In this document: piece after piece, positions 1 to 10,990 of the stretch | Position numbering within the stretch: position 1 is the first letter of the stretch | Layout of the letters: each line of letters starts with the position of its first letter | Assembly (NCBI GenBank): GCA_963772455.1 | Contig: CAVYXJ010000001.1 | Span: forward strand, 1-64,000 | Reading direction: 5' to 3' | DNA: 64,000 nt | DNA from: Candidatus Bathyarchaeota archaeon | GTDB lineage: Archaea; Thermoproteota; Bathyarchaeia; Bathyarchaeales; Bathycorpusculaceae | The notes under the pieces: model-generated | Database searches by the model: none | Seen by the model: only the letters and a program-made list of their open reading frames with translations | Told to the model about the DNA's origin: nothing | Made by a program: the position numbers and the translations under genes

Positions 1-122
1 GGATCGTTTAATGTTGGTCTTTCGCTTATATCAATTGAGCAAACCATGACTATGCACTTCGGTGGGTATTTAGAGGAACATTGTGATATAAGGATGCCTA
101 AAAAGGCGATGTTTTTTTATAA

Positions 123-1773
123 GTGAGCAACGTTTCATGTTTAGGTTTCACCTTTGACTTTGAAATTAAAGAAAAAGATTTGTTGGGCAGGATCGGCAAA
201 CTAAAAACAAAAAGCGGTACAATAGAAACACCGCTGCTGTTCCCAGTCATCAACCCCAGCATCCAACCTATCCCACCCCAAAAACTCAAGGATACCTTCG
301 GCTTTCAAGCAGTCATAACAAATTCTTACATCATCAAAAAAAGATATGACAATAAACCTTTGGAGTTGGGTTTGCATAAGTTTCTAAATTATGACGGCGC
401 AGTCATGACTGATTCTGGAGCGTATCAAATTCTTGTTTACGGTGACATTGATGTGTCACAAAAAGAAATTGTGGCTTATCAAGAGGGCATCGGAAGTGAC
501 ATTGCTACTATCCTTGATATTCCCACAGGTTGGAAAGTAACAAAAGAACAAGCAGAAATAACCGTGGCTGAAACCCTAAAGCGAGCAAAAGATTTTTTCA
601 AGATTAAAACGCGCGACGACATTTTGTGGGTTAGGCCAAGTCCAAGGTGGAAAACACCTTGACCTTGTCGCTAGTTCAGCAATTGAAATGGGTAAGTTGC
701 CATTCCAAATCCACGCGCTTGGAAGTCCAACCGAAGTCATGGAAAGCTACCGCTATGATGTATTAGCAGACATGATTTTAACGGCAAAGAAAGGTTTACT
801 GCTTGAGCGTCCTTTGCACTTGTTTGGTGCTGGGCATCCTTCAATGTTTGCGTTGGCGGTCGCGTTGGGTTGTGATCTCTTTGATTCTGCCGCTTACGCA
901 CTCTATAGGGAGAATCGCTATATGACCGAAAATGGCACATGGCGAGTAAATGAACTGGATTATTTCCCATGCAGTTGTCCAAGATGCTCTGCAGAAACAC
1001 CAAGAGACTTGGAGAAAAAATCGCCCAAAGTACGTGAAGTTTTCCTTGCTGAACATAATTTATACGTTTGTTTAGCAGAAATAAAGCGAATCAAACAAGC
1101 AATTCGGGATGGTCGACTCTGGGAACATACTGAAATGCGGGTTCACGCACACCCAGCATTACTTTCAGCCCTAAAACATCTTCGCCAACACGCTGACTTT
1201 CTCGAAAAATATAGTCCAACAGCAAAAAGTAGTGGGTTCTTCTATTTCAACTCAGTGGGACTTGCACGACCAGAAATCACTCATTATCGAAAACGGCTAA
1301 CTGAACGATATATGCCGCTGCAGAATGCGAAGGTGCTTTTGCTTGTTCCCCAAACGAGAAACAAACCTTTTCACAAATCGCCTGAATTCAAGAAAATCAG
1401 AGCGTTATTAAGGAACATAGGAAAGGAACTTTCTGATCAGGTTCATGTTTGTGTTTATTCAGCTCCATTTGGTTTGGTTCCGATAGAGTTGGATGAGGTT
1501 TATCCTTTGTCTCAGCATGAGGCTGCACATCCATTTGATTTGGAAACAATCAATTATGTCGCGAAACAAACTGCAGATTATATTGAACGATCACCTTACC
1601 AAAGCGTTACATTACTTAATGATCCCAAACATTGGAATGACGCTGTTAAGCAAGAATCCCAAAAAGCCTGCATCATAAAAAGCTTAAAATTTGAATCTGT
1701 TGACGCGAGTGTACAAAGGAGTAAAGAAATTTTTAACCGTTTAGAAGTTATCTTGCGCGAACAGCTGAGATGA
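123..1773 (+). CDS. tgtA: Archaeosine tRNA-guanine(15) transglycosylase, split by one frameshift near 630-640
   Basis: ORFs 123-662 and 688-1773 carry TGT motifs GRIG..ETP..PVINP, MTDSGAYQ, HLFGAGHP, LGCDLFDSAAY, CSCPRC and LAEHNL. The frame of the second ORF reads ...VQGGKHLDLVASSAIEMGK across the gap. Confidence 0.92.
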
Positions 1774-1917
1774 CAGAATCTTTTATGTTCTTCAAACTAT
1801 CAAGCAAACTAAGTTGTATTTTTTTTTAGCTTCTAAAAGTTTTTAATTGATTTTGGATAACTTTTTTTACCCCTATATGCTTATAGACGCTTAAATTAAA
1901 ATTTAGCAACTTGACCC

Positions 1918-2553
1918 TTGAGAATTCATGGAGATGTAATTATAGAACCTCTTTATGCTGATTTCCATATTCACACAGTTTATTCGCCAGATTCACTTGT
2001 TCAACCCAAATCGCTCGTTGAGATGCTCGTTGCGCACAAATTCATTAAAGTTGCAGCGGTTACGGATCACGACAGTGTAAGAGGTTGTAGAGCAACTGTC
2101 GAGTTAGCCTCCGCTTATCCAGATATTTTGATAATTCCGGGTGTTGAAATTAGTACGCAAGAAGGGGATCTGTTGGTTTTAGGAACTTATGAATTGCCGC
2201 CTAAACCTTGGTTGCCTGAAAATATCGTAGATTTTGCTAATTCTATTGGTGGAGTATGCATAGTTGCTCATCCTTTCAGGGAGTATGGAATGGGTGAACG
2301 CGCTAGGAACTACAAAGTTGATGCCATCGAAGTTCAAAATGGGGGATCTAGCAAAGGAGCCAATAATCAAGCTAAAGAATTCGCAAAAAGTCTAGGTTTA
2401 CCTGGTACCGCAGGAAGTGATGCACATCAAGTGTCAGAGTTATTTAGTGTTTACAACAAAGTTGATGCTTCGCTTAGTTTGGACGCTGTTTTGAAAGCTG
2501 TAAAGAAAGGTGCCGTGTCTGCACATGCAAGTTCAGGGTCAATACATATTTAA
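1918..2553 (+). CDS. PHP-family metal-dependent phosphoesterase
   Basis: DFHIHT, AVTDHD, GVEIS, AHPFR and GSDAH motifs. Confidence 0.9.
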   Translation: MRIHGDVIIEPLYADFHIHTVYSPDSLVQPKSLVEMLVAHKFIKVAAVTDHDSVRGCRATVELASAYPDILIIPGVEISTQEGDLLVLGTYELPPKPWLPENIVDFANSIGGVCIVAHPFREYGMGERARNYKVDAIEVQNGGSSKGANNQAKEFAKSLGLPGTAGSDAHQVSELFSVYNKVDASLSLDAVLKAVKKGAVSAHASSGSIHI

Positions 2554-2608
2554 AACAGCAAAGATTCATTTTTAGTCGTTAACATTAACTAAATAGGATT
2601 GATCCTGA

Positions 2609-3865
2609 TTGCAAGTTGGATTTTTAGGTGGAGCTAGAGAAGTTGGCAGAATAGGCGTATCTGTAAAGACTGAGAAAACTCAGGTCGTGTGCGATTACGG
2701 TGTTATGCTTGATAATGAACCAGGTTTCCCCATGCATATCCCACCTAAAGAGGTTGACGCTGTTATCTTAACTCACAGTCACCTTGACCATTCCGGTGCT
2801 GTACCGATTTTTTTTATTAACGATAAAAAACCATTGTACACAAACAAACTTAGTTTGGAGTTAACCCAACTGCTGGTTCAAGATTTCATTCACCTGTCAG
2901 GATATTATTTACCTTTTGAATATCTTGAACTCAAAACAATGATGAATAACAATAGGCACCTGGATTTTGGCGTTGAAGAAACCATTGGGGATATGAAAAT
3001 GAAATTGTTCAACGCTGGTCATACGCCAGGAAGTTCTCAGGTATTGCTTGAAGCTGAAGGCAAACGCTTCTTGTACACTGGGGACTTTAATTTGGAGGAA
3101 AGCAAACTTTTAGCTGGTGCATCAATGGACTACGGAGATTTGGATGCGGTCGTTATAGAAAGTACTTATGCAGATTCAGATCACACTGAACGTTCACTGC
3201 TTGAAAAGCAATTCGTAGAAGCTTGCACTGAAGTAGCGGAAGCAGGCGGAACTGTACTAGTGCCCTCTTTCGGTGTTGGTCGTTCACAGGAAATGGCTAC
3301 TGTTCTAGCTGCTCATCATTTTGACTACCCTGTTACCTTAGATGGAATGGCTCGTGAAGCCAGCCGAGTAATTATGAATTACAAAGAATTCCTTAAAGAC
3401 CCCAAGCTTTTCATGAGTGCCATGCATTCAGCCGACTGGGTTGAAGGCTGGAGAGATAGAAGAAGAGCACTCAAAACGCCTGGAGTGATTATTTCAACTG
3501 CAGGTATGCTTAAGGGTGGACCGGCGGCATTCTATGTTTCAAAACTTGGTAAACAAGCAAAAAACGCCGTTTTCTTAGTCAGTTATCAGATTCCAGGTAC
3601 ACCCGGTCGTGAACTCATGGAAAAAGGTGTATGTACTATCGATGGACAAGTTCGAAAGATTAAAGCGAAATACCGTCATTTTGATTTCTCTTCCCATTGC
3701 GGAGCTAGCATGCTTAAAGAAGCCTTGAAGCGACTTGGAGGAAATCCTAAAGTCTTTGTGGTTCATGGCGCTGAAGGCAATTGTGAACTTTTTGCTAACT
3801 GGGCCAAGACTGAGTTGGGATTGGACGCTGTAGCTCCGAGAACTGGGGAAACCTACCAGATATAG
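2609..3865 (+). CDS. MBL-fold beta-CASP ribonuclease (aCPSF2-like, no KH domains)
   Basis: LGGAREVGR, THSHLDHSG, AGHTPGS, YTGD, ESTY, GRSQE, FSSH and VHG motifs. Confidence 0.88.
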   Translation: MQVGFLGGAREVGRIGVSVKTEKTQVVCDYGVMLDNEPGFPMHIPPKEVDAVILTHSHLDHSGAVPIFFINDKKPLYTNKLSLELTQLLVQDFIHLSGYYLPFEYLELKTMMNNNRHLDFGVEETIGDMKMKLFNAGHTPGSSQVLLEAEGKRFLYTGDFNLEESKLLAGASMDYGDLDAVVIESTYADSDHTERSLLEKQFVEACTEVAEAGGTVLVPSFGVGRSQEMATVLAAHHFDYPVTLDGMAREASRVIMNYKEFLKDPKLFMSAMHSADWVEGWRDRRRALKTPGVIISTAGMLKGGPAAFYVSKLGKQAKNAVFLVSYQIPGTPGRELMEKGVCTIDGQVRKIKAKYRHFDFSSHCGASMLKEALKRLGGNPKVFVVHGAEGNCELFANWAKTELGLDAVAPRTGETYQI

Positions 3866-3899
3866 GTTCAAAATCCATATACAATCTTAGGTTAAGAAC

Positions 3900-4799
3900 G
3901 TGACTGAGCAACCAAAACCTGAATTGCCAAAAACCGAAACAAAAGAGCCGGACAATTTCAAATTTGAAATAATCTATTTGGTTCCAATACTGGCAAGCCT
4001 TATCTTCGGTTTAGGGTGTGCTTATTTGCTTGCACCTCAAGAAACGGGCGGCATTCAAGCTGTACCTATTATTGGAGATTCACCTGGAGCGGCTTTTGGA
4101 AATGGGCTTTACTTTGTAATATTAATCGCGTTGGCAGCTACAGTCTTTTATGTTTTAATTAAACGAAAAAACAAACGTGTAATCAAGGGTTTAATTGTAC
4201 TTTCAATGACGACTGCTTCGTTGTTGCTGTCGGTTGTGTATTTGCTTGCGCTTTTTCCATATTTCGAGGGTGTTTACTATGTAATAGCTGCTGTAGCAAT
4301 TGGAATTACTATTCTTTTTGATCTCGCTATCTTCCGTTTTGGAAGTACTGCTCGAAATGTCGTGGTCGTGTGTTTAGGTGGCGCTCTTGGAATTTTCTTT
4401 GCCAAATATGTTCCCTTATCAAGTGCAATTGTACTTCTAATTTTCCTTGCTATTTATGACGTCGTAGCGGTTTACAAAGGTCCAGTTGGCAAAATAGCGA
4501 ATTCATCAAGCCTTGACATGCTTCAAGGTTTGAGTTTCTCTTTTAAAGACATTCAAATGGGTTTAGGCGATTTAGTATTTTATTCAATGATGATGGGTGT
4601 TATGGTTTTCAGTTTCCCTCAAAGTATTCTGCCAACAATAACATCAGTAATTGGAATTTTGGCAGGTTCAATTATAACCTTTTTTGCGTTGGAAAAGAAA
4701 GGCATTTTCCCAGGTTTACCTTTCCCCATAATGTTGGGACTAGGCGCTGGATTAGTAACTGGATTGCTTTTAGGCTTGCCTTTACCTCTTTTTGGGTAG
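3900..4799 (+). CDS. Presenilin/signal-peptide-peptidase-like intramembrane aspartyl protease
   Basis: About 9 hydrophobic segments, with YD (IYDVVAV), GxGD (MGLGD) and a PAL-like PGLPF motif. Confidence 0.88.
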   Translation: MTEQPKPELPKTETKEPDNFKFEIIYLVPILASLIFGLGCAYLLAPQETGGIQAVPIIGDSPGAAFGNGLYFVILIALAATVFYVLIKRKNKRVIKGLIVLSMTTASLLLSVVYLLALFPYFEGVYYVIAAVAIGITILFDLAIFRFGSTARNVVVVCLGGALGIFFAKYVPLSSAIVLLIFLAIYDVVAVYKGPVGKIANSSSLDMLQGLSFSFKDIQMGLGDLVFYSMMMGVMVFSFPQSILPTITSVIGILAGSIITFFALEKKGIFPGLPFPIMLGLGAGLVTGLLLGLPLPLFG

Positions 4800-4891
4800 T
4801 TTTTTTGTTGGTTACAGATTGGGTTTTATCGTAAATGTTTAAAGCTTTCTTGAAGTTTTAACCAATAGGTGTTTTTACGGAAAAATCAAAA

Positions 4892-5707
4892 GTGGCAATC
4901 GTTAAGGGCGAGCGAGGGCTTGACCCAGTTTTTAAAGCTTTAGATTTGATTGATTATCAATCCGCTCTTGCAGGATACAAGAAGGTTCTCATCAAAATTA
5001 ACTTCATAACTACTAAAACATGGGACAGTGGAGCAACAACCGATCCTATGGTAGTTGAAGCCCTGATTCAGCGAATACGGAAGCTTTCTGTAGAAGTCTT
5101 TGTTGTAGAATCAGACGCCACAATAACTAACGCGGATAAAGCCTTCGAAGCTACGGGAATGAACAAAATGTGCAAGCAATATGACGTCGAATGTCTCAAT
5201 CTGCGTCATGTGAAAGATAAAGTTAAAATCAAAATCCCAAGCTGTGAATGCTTAAAGGAAATAACAGTACCGAGAATCGTAACTGAATCTGCAATAATAA
5301 GCGCAGCTAAAATGAAAACTCACATGGCTACCAAAGTAACGTTGGGCATGAAGAACATGTTTGGGCTGTTGCCAGATAAACTCAAAATGAAGTATCACGC
5401 CAAAGGAATTAGTGGTGTCATAGTTGACATAAACACCGTTTTGCATTCGAACTTAACAGTGATTGATGGTTTTATTGCTATGGAAGGCAAAGGTCCCACT
5501 GATGGTTCACCGGTAAAAATGGATCTGATAATTGCGGGAAAAGATCCTGTTGCTACTGATGCCACGGGGGCAAGAGTTATGGGAATTGACCCGCATGATA
5601 TAAAGCATATTCGATTAGCTCATCAAAAAGGCTTAGGCAACATCGATAATATAGAAATCGTCGGCTCGCAACTTGACGATGTGAAAAGGGTATTTAAGAC
5701 AAAATAA
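4892..5707 (+). CDS. DUF362 domain protein
   Basis: VLIKIN, ATTDP, KMKTH, TLGMKNMFG, MEGKGP.DG and DPVATD motifs. Confidence 0.85.
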   Translation: MAIVKGERGLDPVFKALDLIDYQSALAGYKKVLIKINFITTKTWDSGATTDPMVVEALIQRIRKLSVEVFVVESDATITNADKAFEATGMNKMCKQYDVECLNLRHVKDKVKIKIPSCECLKEITVPRIVTESAIISAAKMKTHMATKVTLGMKNMFGLLPDKLKMKYHAKGISGVIVDINTVLHSNLTVIDGFIAMEGKGPTDGSPVKMDLIIAGKDPVATDATGARVMGIDPHDIKHIRLAHQKGLGNIDNIEIVGSQLDDVKRVFKTK

Positions 5708-5999
5708 TTTAGTTGACAAGGTTGGCGATGTGGCAATCATATTCGACTAATTTGTACAAGGGTTAATTTTTTGAGAGGATTTAACCTAAGCATTTAAAGT
5801 AGAAGAATTCTGGCTATTCTTGGCCGTATCCGTGTTCTAGTTTGGCATGCGTTTTTTTATATTCATAATCGTGGTGTTCTTTTTGGTTGCCAAAGACACT
5901 TAGATGTTTATCTAGGTCCGATTGGTTAAGAAAAATACAGGCGCAATGAGGGCACTTGTATAATTTGTTGTTGTTTGTTTCTTGCCCCATTTTTTTCGC

Positions 6000-8900
6000 C
6001 TAGTGGACGTTTATTTGTATTTTTTTTCCGTCGAGTTCTGATTCATGCCATTTTGCTTCAATTTCGTTGCATGCTACATGTAAATAGACTTTTCTGGCTC
6101 TGACTAATCCCGCCATCTCTAGTAAATATGGTTCTAAAAATCCCCTGCTCTCTGCATCTAACTCGGCAATGTGTACGGACTCCAGTGTTTCTGTCGGCAC
6201 GAATCCCATTTCTTTACGTAAAGCTTGGACTCGTCGTGCTAAATCCCGCATTATTCCTTCGCCCAACAATTTATCGTCTCGTTGCCCGCTCAAGAAAACT
6301 GTAATTGTGTCTTCTTGGCTTGTAACCCAATTTTCTCCTTCAACGTACTCAGGAACTGACACAGTGAATTCGGCGGACTTAACGTTGGTTTGTTCCAAGA
6401 ACAGTGATTCAAGGTTCTTTAGTGCTTGTAGAGTTTTTTCTGGAGCAACTACAATTGCTTTTGCCAGTGGCCAGCGGCGTTTTAATTTGCCTTGTTGTCG
6501 TGCTGCATATGAAATTGAGACTACCTTTAGTAAAATGTCAAATTCTTCTTCCAAGTTTTTGTTTACCATTTTTTGGTTTGGAGTTGGCCATGAAGCAAAA
6601 TTGACTGATTCTGGTAAATCTTGCTCTATTTGTTTGTAGACTTTCTGGTAGAGTGCTTCGCTTAAATATGGTGTAATTGGGTTAAAGAGTAAAGTTACAG
6701 TTTTTAGGGTATGGTGTAGCAGTGCGTAGATGGTTTGGCGTCGTTCAAATGTTTCGGGTTCATCAGTCCAAAGTTCTTTGCGAATCATGGGCACGTAAAG
6801 TCTGCTTAATGTTTCAATGACAAAGTCATCCAAAACTGCGACTGCGCAATTGAATTCGCTTCTTTCAAGTTTGTTGGTGTATTCCTGGATTTTTTCTTGT
6901 AATTTAGACATGAGCCAAAGGTCAGCTGCTTGAAGTTTTTTATTCATAAAAGCCTGTTCTAAGGTGTATTTTTGTGGGTTGAATTCGTCAAAGGTGGCGT
7001 TTTGTAGGAAGAATCTGCTTAGATGATAGAGGGTTGAGAGGACTTGGTAGGGTCGGCGGCTAATTTCGGCTAAGTCAAAGCTCATGAAGTCGATTGGTGA
7101 GCATTTGCGTATCATGTAGAATCGGCAAAGGTCTGCGCTGCTTTTTTCGAGGAGTTTGTTGGTTTCGATTACGTTTCCAAGGCTTTTGCTCATTTTTCTG
7201 CCTTTTGAATCTTGTGTTAATCCTTGAAATAGAAATGCTTTGTAGGGTGCCACTGGCTTTCCGGTTAGAATAATGTATTCTAGCAGTAACGAGTTAGCCC
7301 AACCGCGAGTTTGATCTATGCCTTCGGTTAAGAAATCTGTTGGAACAAACTTTTCATATTCTTCATCCGTGAATCGAGCGTATGGTGAAGCTCCGCTGTT
7401 GTGCCAAGTGTCTAACACAAAGTCCTCTCTTCGCATAACTCCGCCGCATTTTTCACATTTTAAAGTGATTCGGTCAACCCAAGGCTTATGTAACTCAAAG
7501 TTTTCAGGGATTGGTTCTTGAGCATTTTCGATGAGTTCTTTTTTGCTCTCAATTAGGCGTTTGTTTGAGCATTTCTCGCAGGTCCACATGGGTAAAGGTG
7601 TGCCCCAGATGCGTTCTCGGCTGATGCACCATGGTTTTCCTTCTTTTAAGAAACCGAGAAAACGGTTTTTTGGCTCTTCAAAGAAATACTCAATTTTCTC
7701 TGCAGCCTCCAACACTTTGCTGTTGATTTTGTCGGTTCGCAAAAAGTATTCTTTTCTTGCTAACCAGACAAGTTTATGATGGGATCGCCAGCAAGTTGGA
7801 TATTCATGTTTTATTTTTTTGACCATCACAAAGGCGTTGCGGTTGCGCAGTTCTTCAATAACTAGTGCATCTGCGTCTCGGGCAAATACGCCTGTGAAAA
7901 TGCCTGCGTCGTTTGTAAATTTGACTTCATCATCAAATGGAACAAAAATGGGTACTCCTCTTCGGTTTGCAACCCAAAAATCGTCTTCGCCGTTGCCTGG
8001 CGAAAGATGAACTACACCGGTGGCTGTGTTAACGTCGACAAAGTCTTCTGCTACGACTTTGTGGACTAGTGGGTGCTTGGTTTCTAGTTCTGCTTGCTTG
8101 GGAATTATGTCTTTAAATGGGTATTCGTATGCCATTCCTTCCAAGCTTTTTCCTGTAATTTCTTCAGTAATTTGGTAATTGGTAATTTCGAGTTCTGCCA
8201 TGACGGCTTCGACGCGTTGGCGGACCATTATCCAGCTTTCTTGGTGGACTTGGACTTTGACATATTCAGCTTTTGGTTGAACAGCAAGCATGGTGTCTGT
8301 TATGATTGTGAAGGGCATGGTTGTCCAAACTAAGAAGAACTCGTTTTGTGATCCCGTTACTTTGAATTTGAAGTATACCGAGGGGTCCTCGACTTCTTTG
8401 TAGCTTCCTTCGTAGCCGACTTCAGCGCTGCTAAGACTTGTTTGGCATCCTGGGCAATAAGCTACAACATAGTGGCCTTCTTCAAGGAGGTTTTGTTCCC
8501 AGGCGCGTTTAAGGTAGAACCACTCGCGCTCGATGTAGCTGTCTTTGTAGGTCCAGTATGCTTTGTCTTGGTTGATTGCTATTCCTAGTTTTCCGTCTGC
8601 TTCTAGCCACATTTGGTGGTAGCGCATTATTGCTTTTTTGCATTCTTCGATGAAGCGTTCCATGCCGAATTTTTGTATTGATTCCCGTTTGTTTCTAACC
8701 CCAAGGAGTTTTTCAACTTCAAGTTCCACGGGCAAGCCTTGGCAGTCCCATCCTGCCCAAAAAGGCATGTAGTAACCTTCCATGGTTTTCCAGCGGTAAC
8801 GAATATCTTTCATGATTCGCCCCCGTGCATGGCCAATGTGGGGAATGCCATTGAGTGTTGGCGGACCCTCAACATAACCTAAAAAGCCTTTAGCTGTCTT

Positions 8901-9035
8901 TTCCAGAAGCTCCATTTTGTTGCGAATATTATTTTTTAACCAGAATTCACGCATTTCAGATTCGAGTTCAAGCGGAGAATAATTTGTAGGCAAGCTCTGA
9001 TTTAGGTCAGCTTCAGTTTGGGCAGTCAAATTCAT
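6000..9035 (-). CDS. ileS: Isoleucine-tRNA ligase
   Basis: EGPP..NG.PHIGH, GWDCQGLP, WTT, EGIDQTRGW and KMSKS; 1011 aa. Confidence 0.97.
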   Translation of the reverse strand: MNLTAQTEADLNQSLPTNYSPLELESEMREFWLKNNIRNKMELLEKTAKGFLGYVEGPPTLNGIPHIGHARGRIMKDIRYRWKTMEGYYMPFWAGWDCQGLPVELEVEKLLGVRNKRESIQKFGMERFIEECKKAIMRYHQMWLEADGKLGIAINQDKAYWTYKDSYIEREWFYLKRAWEQNLLEEGHYVVAYCPGCQTSLSSAEVGYEGSYKEVEDPSVYFKFKVTGSQNEFFLVWTTMPFTIITDTMLAVQPKAEYVKVQVHQESWIMVRQRVEAVMAELEITNYQITEEITGKSLEGMAYEYPFKDIIPKQAELETKHPLVHKVVAEDFVDVNTATGVVHLSPGNGEDDFWVANRRGVPIFVPFDDEVKFTNDAGIFTGVFARDADALVIEELRNRNAFVMVKKIKHEYPTCWRSHHKLVWLARKEYFLRTDKINSKVLEAAEKIEYFFEEPKNRFLGFLKEGKPWCISRERIWGTPLPMWTCEKCSNKRLIESKKELIENAQEPIPENFELHKPWVDRITLKCEKCGGVMRREDFVLDTWHNSGASPYARFTDEEYEKFVPTDFLTEGIDQTRGWANSLLLEYIILTGKPVAPYKAFLFQGLTQDSKGRKMSKSLGNVIETNKLLEKSSADLCRFYMIRKCSPIDFMSFDLAEISRRPYQVLSTLYHLSRFFLQNATFDEFNPQKYTLEQAFMNKKLQAADLWLMSKLQEKIQEYTNKLERSEFNCAVAVLDDFVIETLSRLYVPMIRKELWTDEPETFERRQTIYALLHHTLKTVTLLFNPITPYLSEALYQKVYKQIEQDLPESVNFASWPTPNQKMVNKNLEEEFDILLKVVSISYAARQQGKLKRRWPLAKAIVVAPEKTLQALKNLESLFLEQTNVKSAEFTVSVPEYVEGENWVTSQEDTITVFLSGQRDDKLLGEGIMRDLARRVQALRKEMGFVPTETLESVHIAELDAESRGFLEPYLLEMAGLVRARKVYLHVACNEIEAKWHESELDGKKIQINVH

Positions 9036-9290
9036 TACCGTAACGCAAAATACACATAAAGACTATATAAGAGTAAACGCGTCTCCCGAATAATAATTTC
9101 TAATAATATGCGTTCTCTTCTTGCAGAGGATGTCTCTAATTTCCTGTATCGACTTTTATCTTCAGTTTATAGCCTTAATTGTAAAAATAAGAACTTGTAG
9201 CTGGATTATAAACGTCTAAAAAAGCTCTATTACTTATGCTTAATAACACGCTTAAATCTCAAAACGAGAATTAACTATATCGGTGATTTC

Positions 9291-9737
9291 TTGTCCTTAA
9301 AAGAGAACAAAGCGATTGTTCGCAGATTTATTGAAGCATACAATAATCGAAACATGAACTACTTGAACTTAATAGACGATTTAGTTTCACCCGATTATAT
9401 CGACCATTCCAACAAAGTAAATAGAGAAGGTCTCAAACAGTTATTTCTCATGGGTCTCAAAGCCTTCCCAGATTGGCATGAAAACATTGAAGATATCATA
9501 GCTGAAGGAGATAAGGTGTGGGTTCGCCTTTCTTATACTGGAACTCATAAAGGTGAATTTATGGGAATTTCTCCAACAGGAAAGAAAATAATGTCTACAG
9601 CTGTTGATATCTATCGCATAGTTGATGGGAAACTCGCAGAATATTGGAACGTAACAGACAACGTAAATATTTTCAAACAAGTTGGTGCTATTGAAGTCAC
9701 AGAAAAAGGAAAGCACTTCTTCCCAGATGAAAGCTAG
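9291..9737 (+). CDS. SnoaL-like ester cyclase (NTF2 fold)
   Basis: ENKAIVRRF, AFPD...IEDIIAEGDKV and GTHKGEFMGISPTGK. Confidence 0.9.
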   Translation: MSLKENKAIVRRFIEAYNNRNMNYLNLIDDLVSPDYIDHSNKVNREGLKQLFLMGLKAFPDWHENIEDIIAEGDKVWVRLSYTGTHKGEFMGISPTGKKIMSTAVDIYRIVDGKLAEYWNVTDNVNIFKQVGAIEVTEKGKHFFPDES

Positions 9738-9835
9738 AGAAACTGAATAAGACTATCTTCAAAATAAAGCTTCTTTAGAAATTCGTTCGACACCGAAAGC
9801 TCTAAATTCTCTTAGCACCGTGTTTTTCCAGAAAA

Positions 9836-9910
9836 GGGCCGGTAGATCAGTTCGGTATGATCGCCGCGTTCGCAACGCGGAAGCCGCGGGTTCAAATCCC
9901 GCCCGGTCCA
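9836..9910 (+). tRNA. tRNA-Ala(CGC), intronless, CCA not encoded
   Basis: Acceptor GGGCCGG/CCGGTCC with G3:U70; D-stem GATC/GATC; anticodon arm CCGCG-TTCGCAA-CGCGG; T arm GCGGG-TTCAAAT-CCCGC; discriminator A. Confidence 0.97.
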
Positions 9911-10018
9911 CTTTCACCCCCACCTGCCTACCTACATCTCCTTTCCCGCCATTGTAGGGAAATAGGGGACTCTTGAGAAAATACTCCGATAGTGAGGAAC
10001 AAACCTAAACGACACCTG

Positions 10019-10684
10019 CCTCGCAACCAAGACTTTGTTTTTGCCGAACACCTCTGTAAAAGTATAAAGAATAGTCAATTTGAGTTAATCTTATCAAGTG
10101 GATGATATTACAATACTATTGGTAAGTTTCATGAAAGTATACATGATACTATCTTGTGATACAATTTCCTGCAAAATAGGCGCGAGAACCAAAATTTTGG
10201 ATGAATTGATTAGAATGGGACTTTCCAAGAGAGATATACACTTGCTTCTTGGTCCTGCTGAAGTTCTTATTCAACTACATGGGCTAAAAGACCTTGATGA
10301 ATTTATCCGTAAATGGTTTGACCCAATTAGAAAATTGGCTCCTTTAGATGCAATGATTGATAAAACGGAAACTCTAATTGTAAACTCAGAAGGTAAATCT
10401 TACACTGAGGAGCCCTATGCTTTCCTATTCCTAAATAGACAACCAAGAAACTTGGAGATAGTCCAAGAAAAACTTCAAGGTATTCCTAAAGTTTTGTCAG
10501 CCGATACAGTCTTTGGACCTTACGATGTTATATGCGCAGTAAAGGCAAATGATAACAATGACCTGCAATTACTAATTTCTCAAATACAAAAAGACATCCC
10601 TGAAGTTCAAGTGACATCAACCGCAATTGTAGCTTCACTCTACTAGGAATAGGCAACCTCGCAAGCAAAGACTCTGTTTTTTTG
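10019..10684 (+). repeat. Imperfect 25-28 bp direct repeat flanking the Lrp/AsnC-domain gene
   Basis: cctcgcaaccaagactttgtttttg (10019-10043) versus cctcgcaagcaaagactctgtttttttg (10657-10684). Confidence 0.7.
10098..10646 (+). CDS. Tandem Lrp/AsnC ligand-binding (RAM) domain protein without HTH
   Basis: Two repeats of the AsnC pattern: HLLLGPAEVLIQL and ADTVFGPYDVICAV. Confidence 0.7.
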   Translation: MDDITILLVSFMKVYMILSCDTISCKIGARTKILDELIRMGLSKRDIHLLLGPAEVLIQLHGLKDLDEFIRKWFDPIRKLAPLDAMIDKTETLIVNSEGKSYTEEPYAFLFLNRQPRNLEIVQEKLQGIPKVLSADTVFGPYDVICAVKANDNNDLQLLISQIQKDIPEVQVTSTAIVASLY

Positions 10685-10893
10685 TGATATTAATAAAATA
10701 GGTCAAGGAATGTCTACTGAAATTAATCGTGAAATCTATGCAAGACTTTTTATTATTAAAAATAGCAAATGTGCATAAGGCAAAAAAATCGCCTTGTAAA
10801 CTCCTAAAAGCTTATAGCTAGCCGTCAACAACAACAGTATGGGATAAAAATGATTAACAAAAGAACCCGGAGAAATTAGATAGGCTAATTGAG

Positions 10894-10919
10894 GCGGGTT
10901 CAAATCCCGCCCGGTCCAC
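10894..10919 (+). repeat. Exact copy of the tRNA-Ala 3' end (att-like) #1
   Basis: gcgggttcaaatcccgcccggtccac is identical to 9886-9911 (26 bp). Confidence 0.95.
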
Positions 10920-10990
10920 AACTTCTTCATTTGATATTTGGTGTAATCCTTTAGTAATAGTTATCCATTGACGTAATATCTGGTGGTTTT

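Noticed and set aside
620-690. Programmed frameshift or natural split in tgtA
   Set aside because: No slippery heptamer or stimulatory structure is visible, the break falls inside the catalytic domain, and similar indels occur throughout the window.
3900-4799. Prepilin peptidase (PibD/FlaK) for the pilus locus
   Set aside because: The YD...GLGD...PGLP arrangement is presenilin/SPP type, and the gene sits in a housekeeping context 15 kb away.
6169-8333. Several plus-strand ORFs inside ileS (and similar ORFs inside other long genes)
   Set aside because: Antisense or alternate-frame shadows of well-supported genes.
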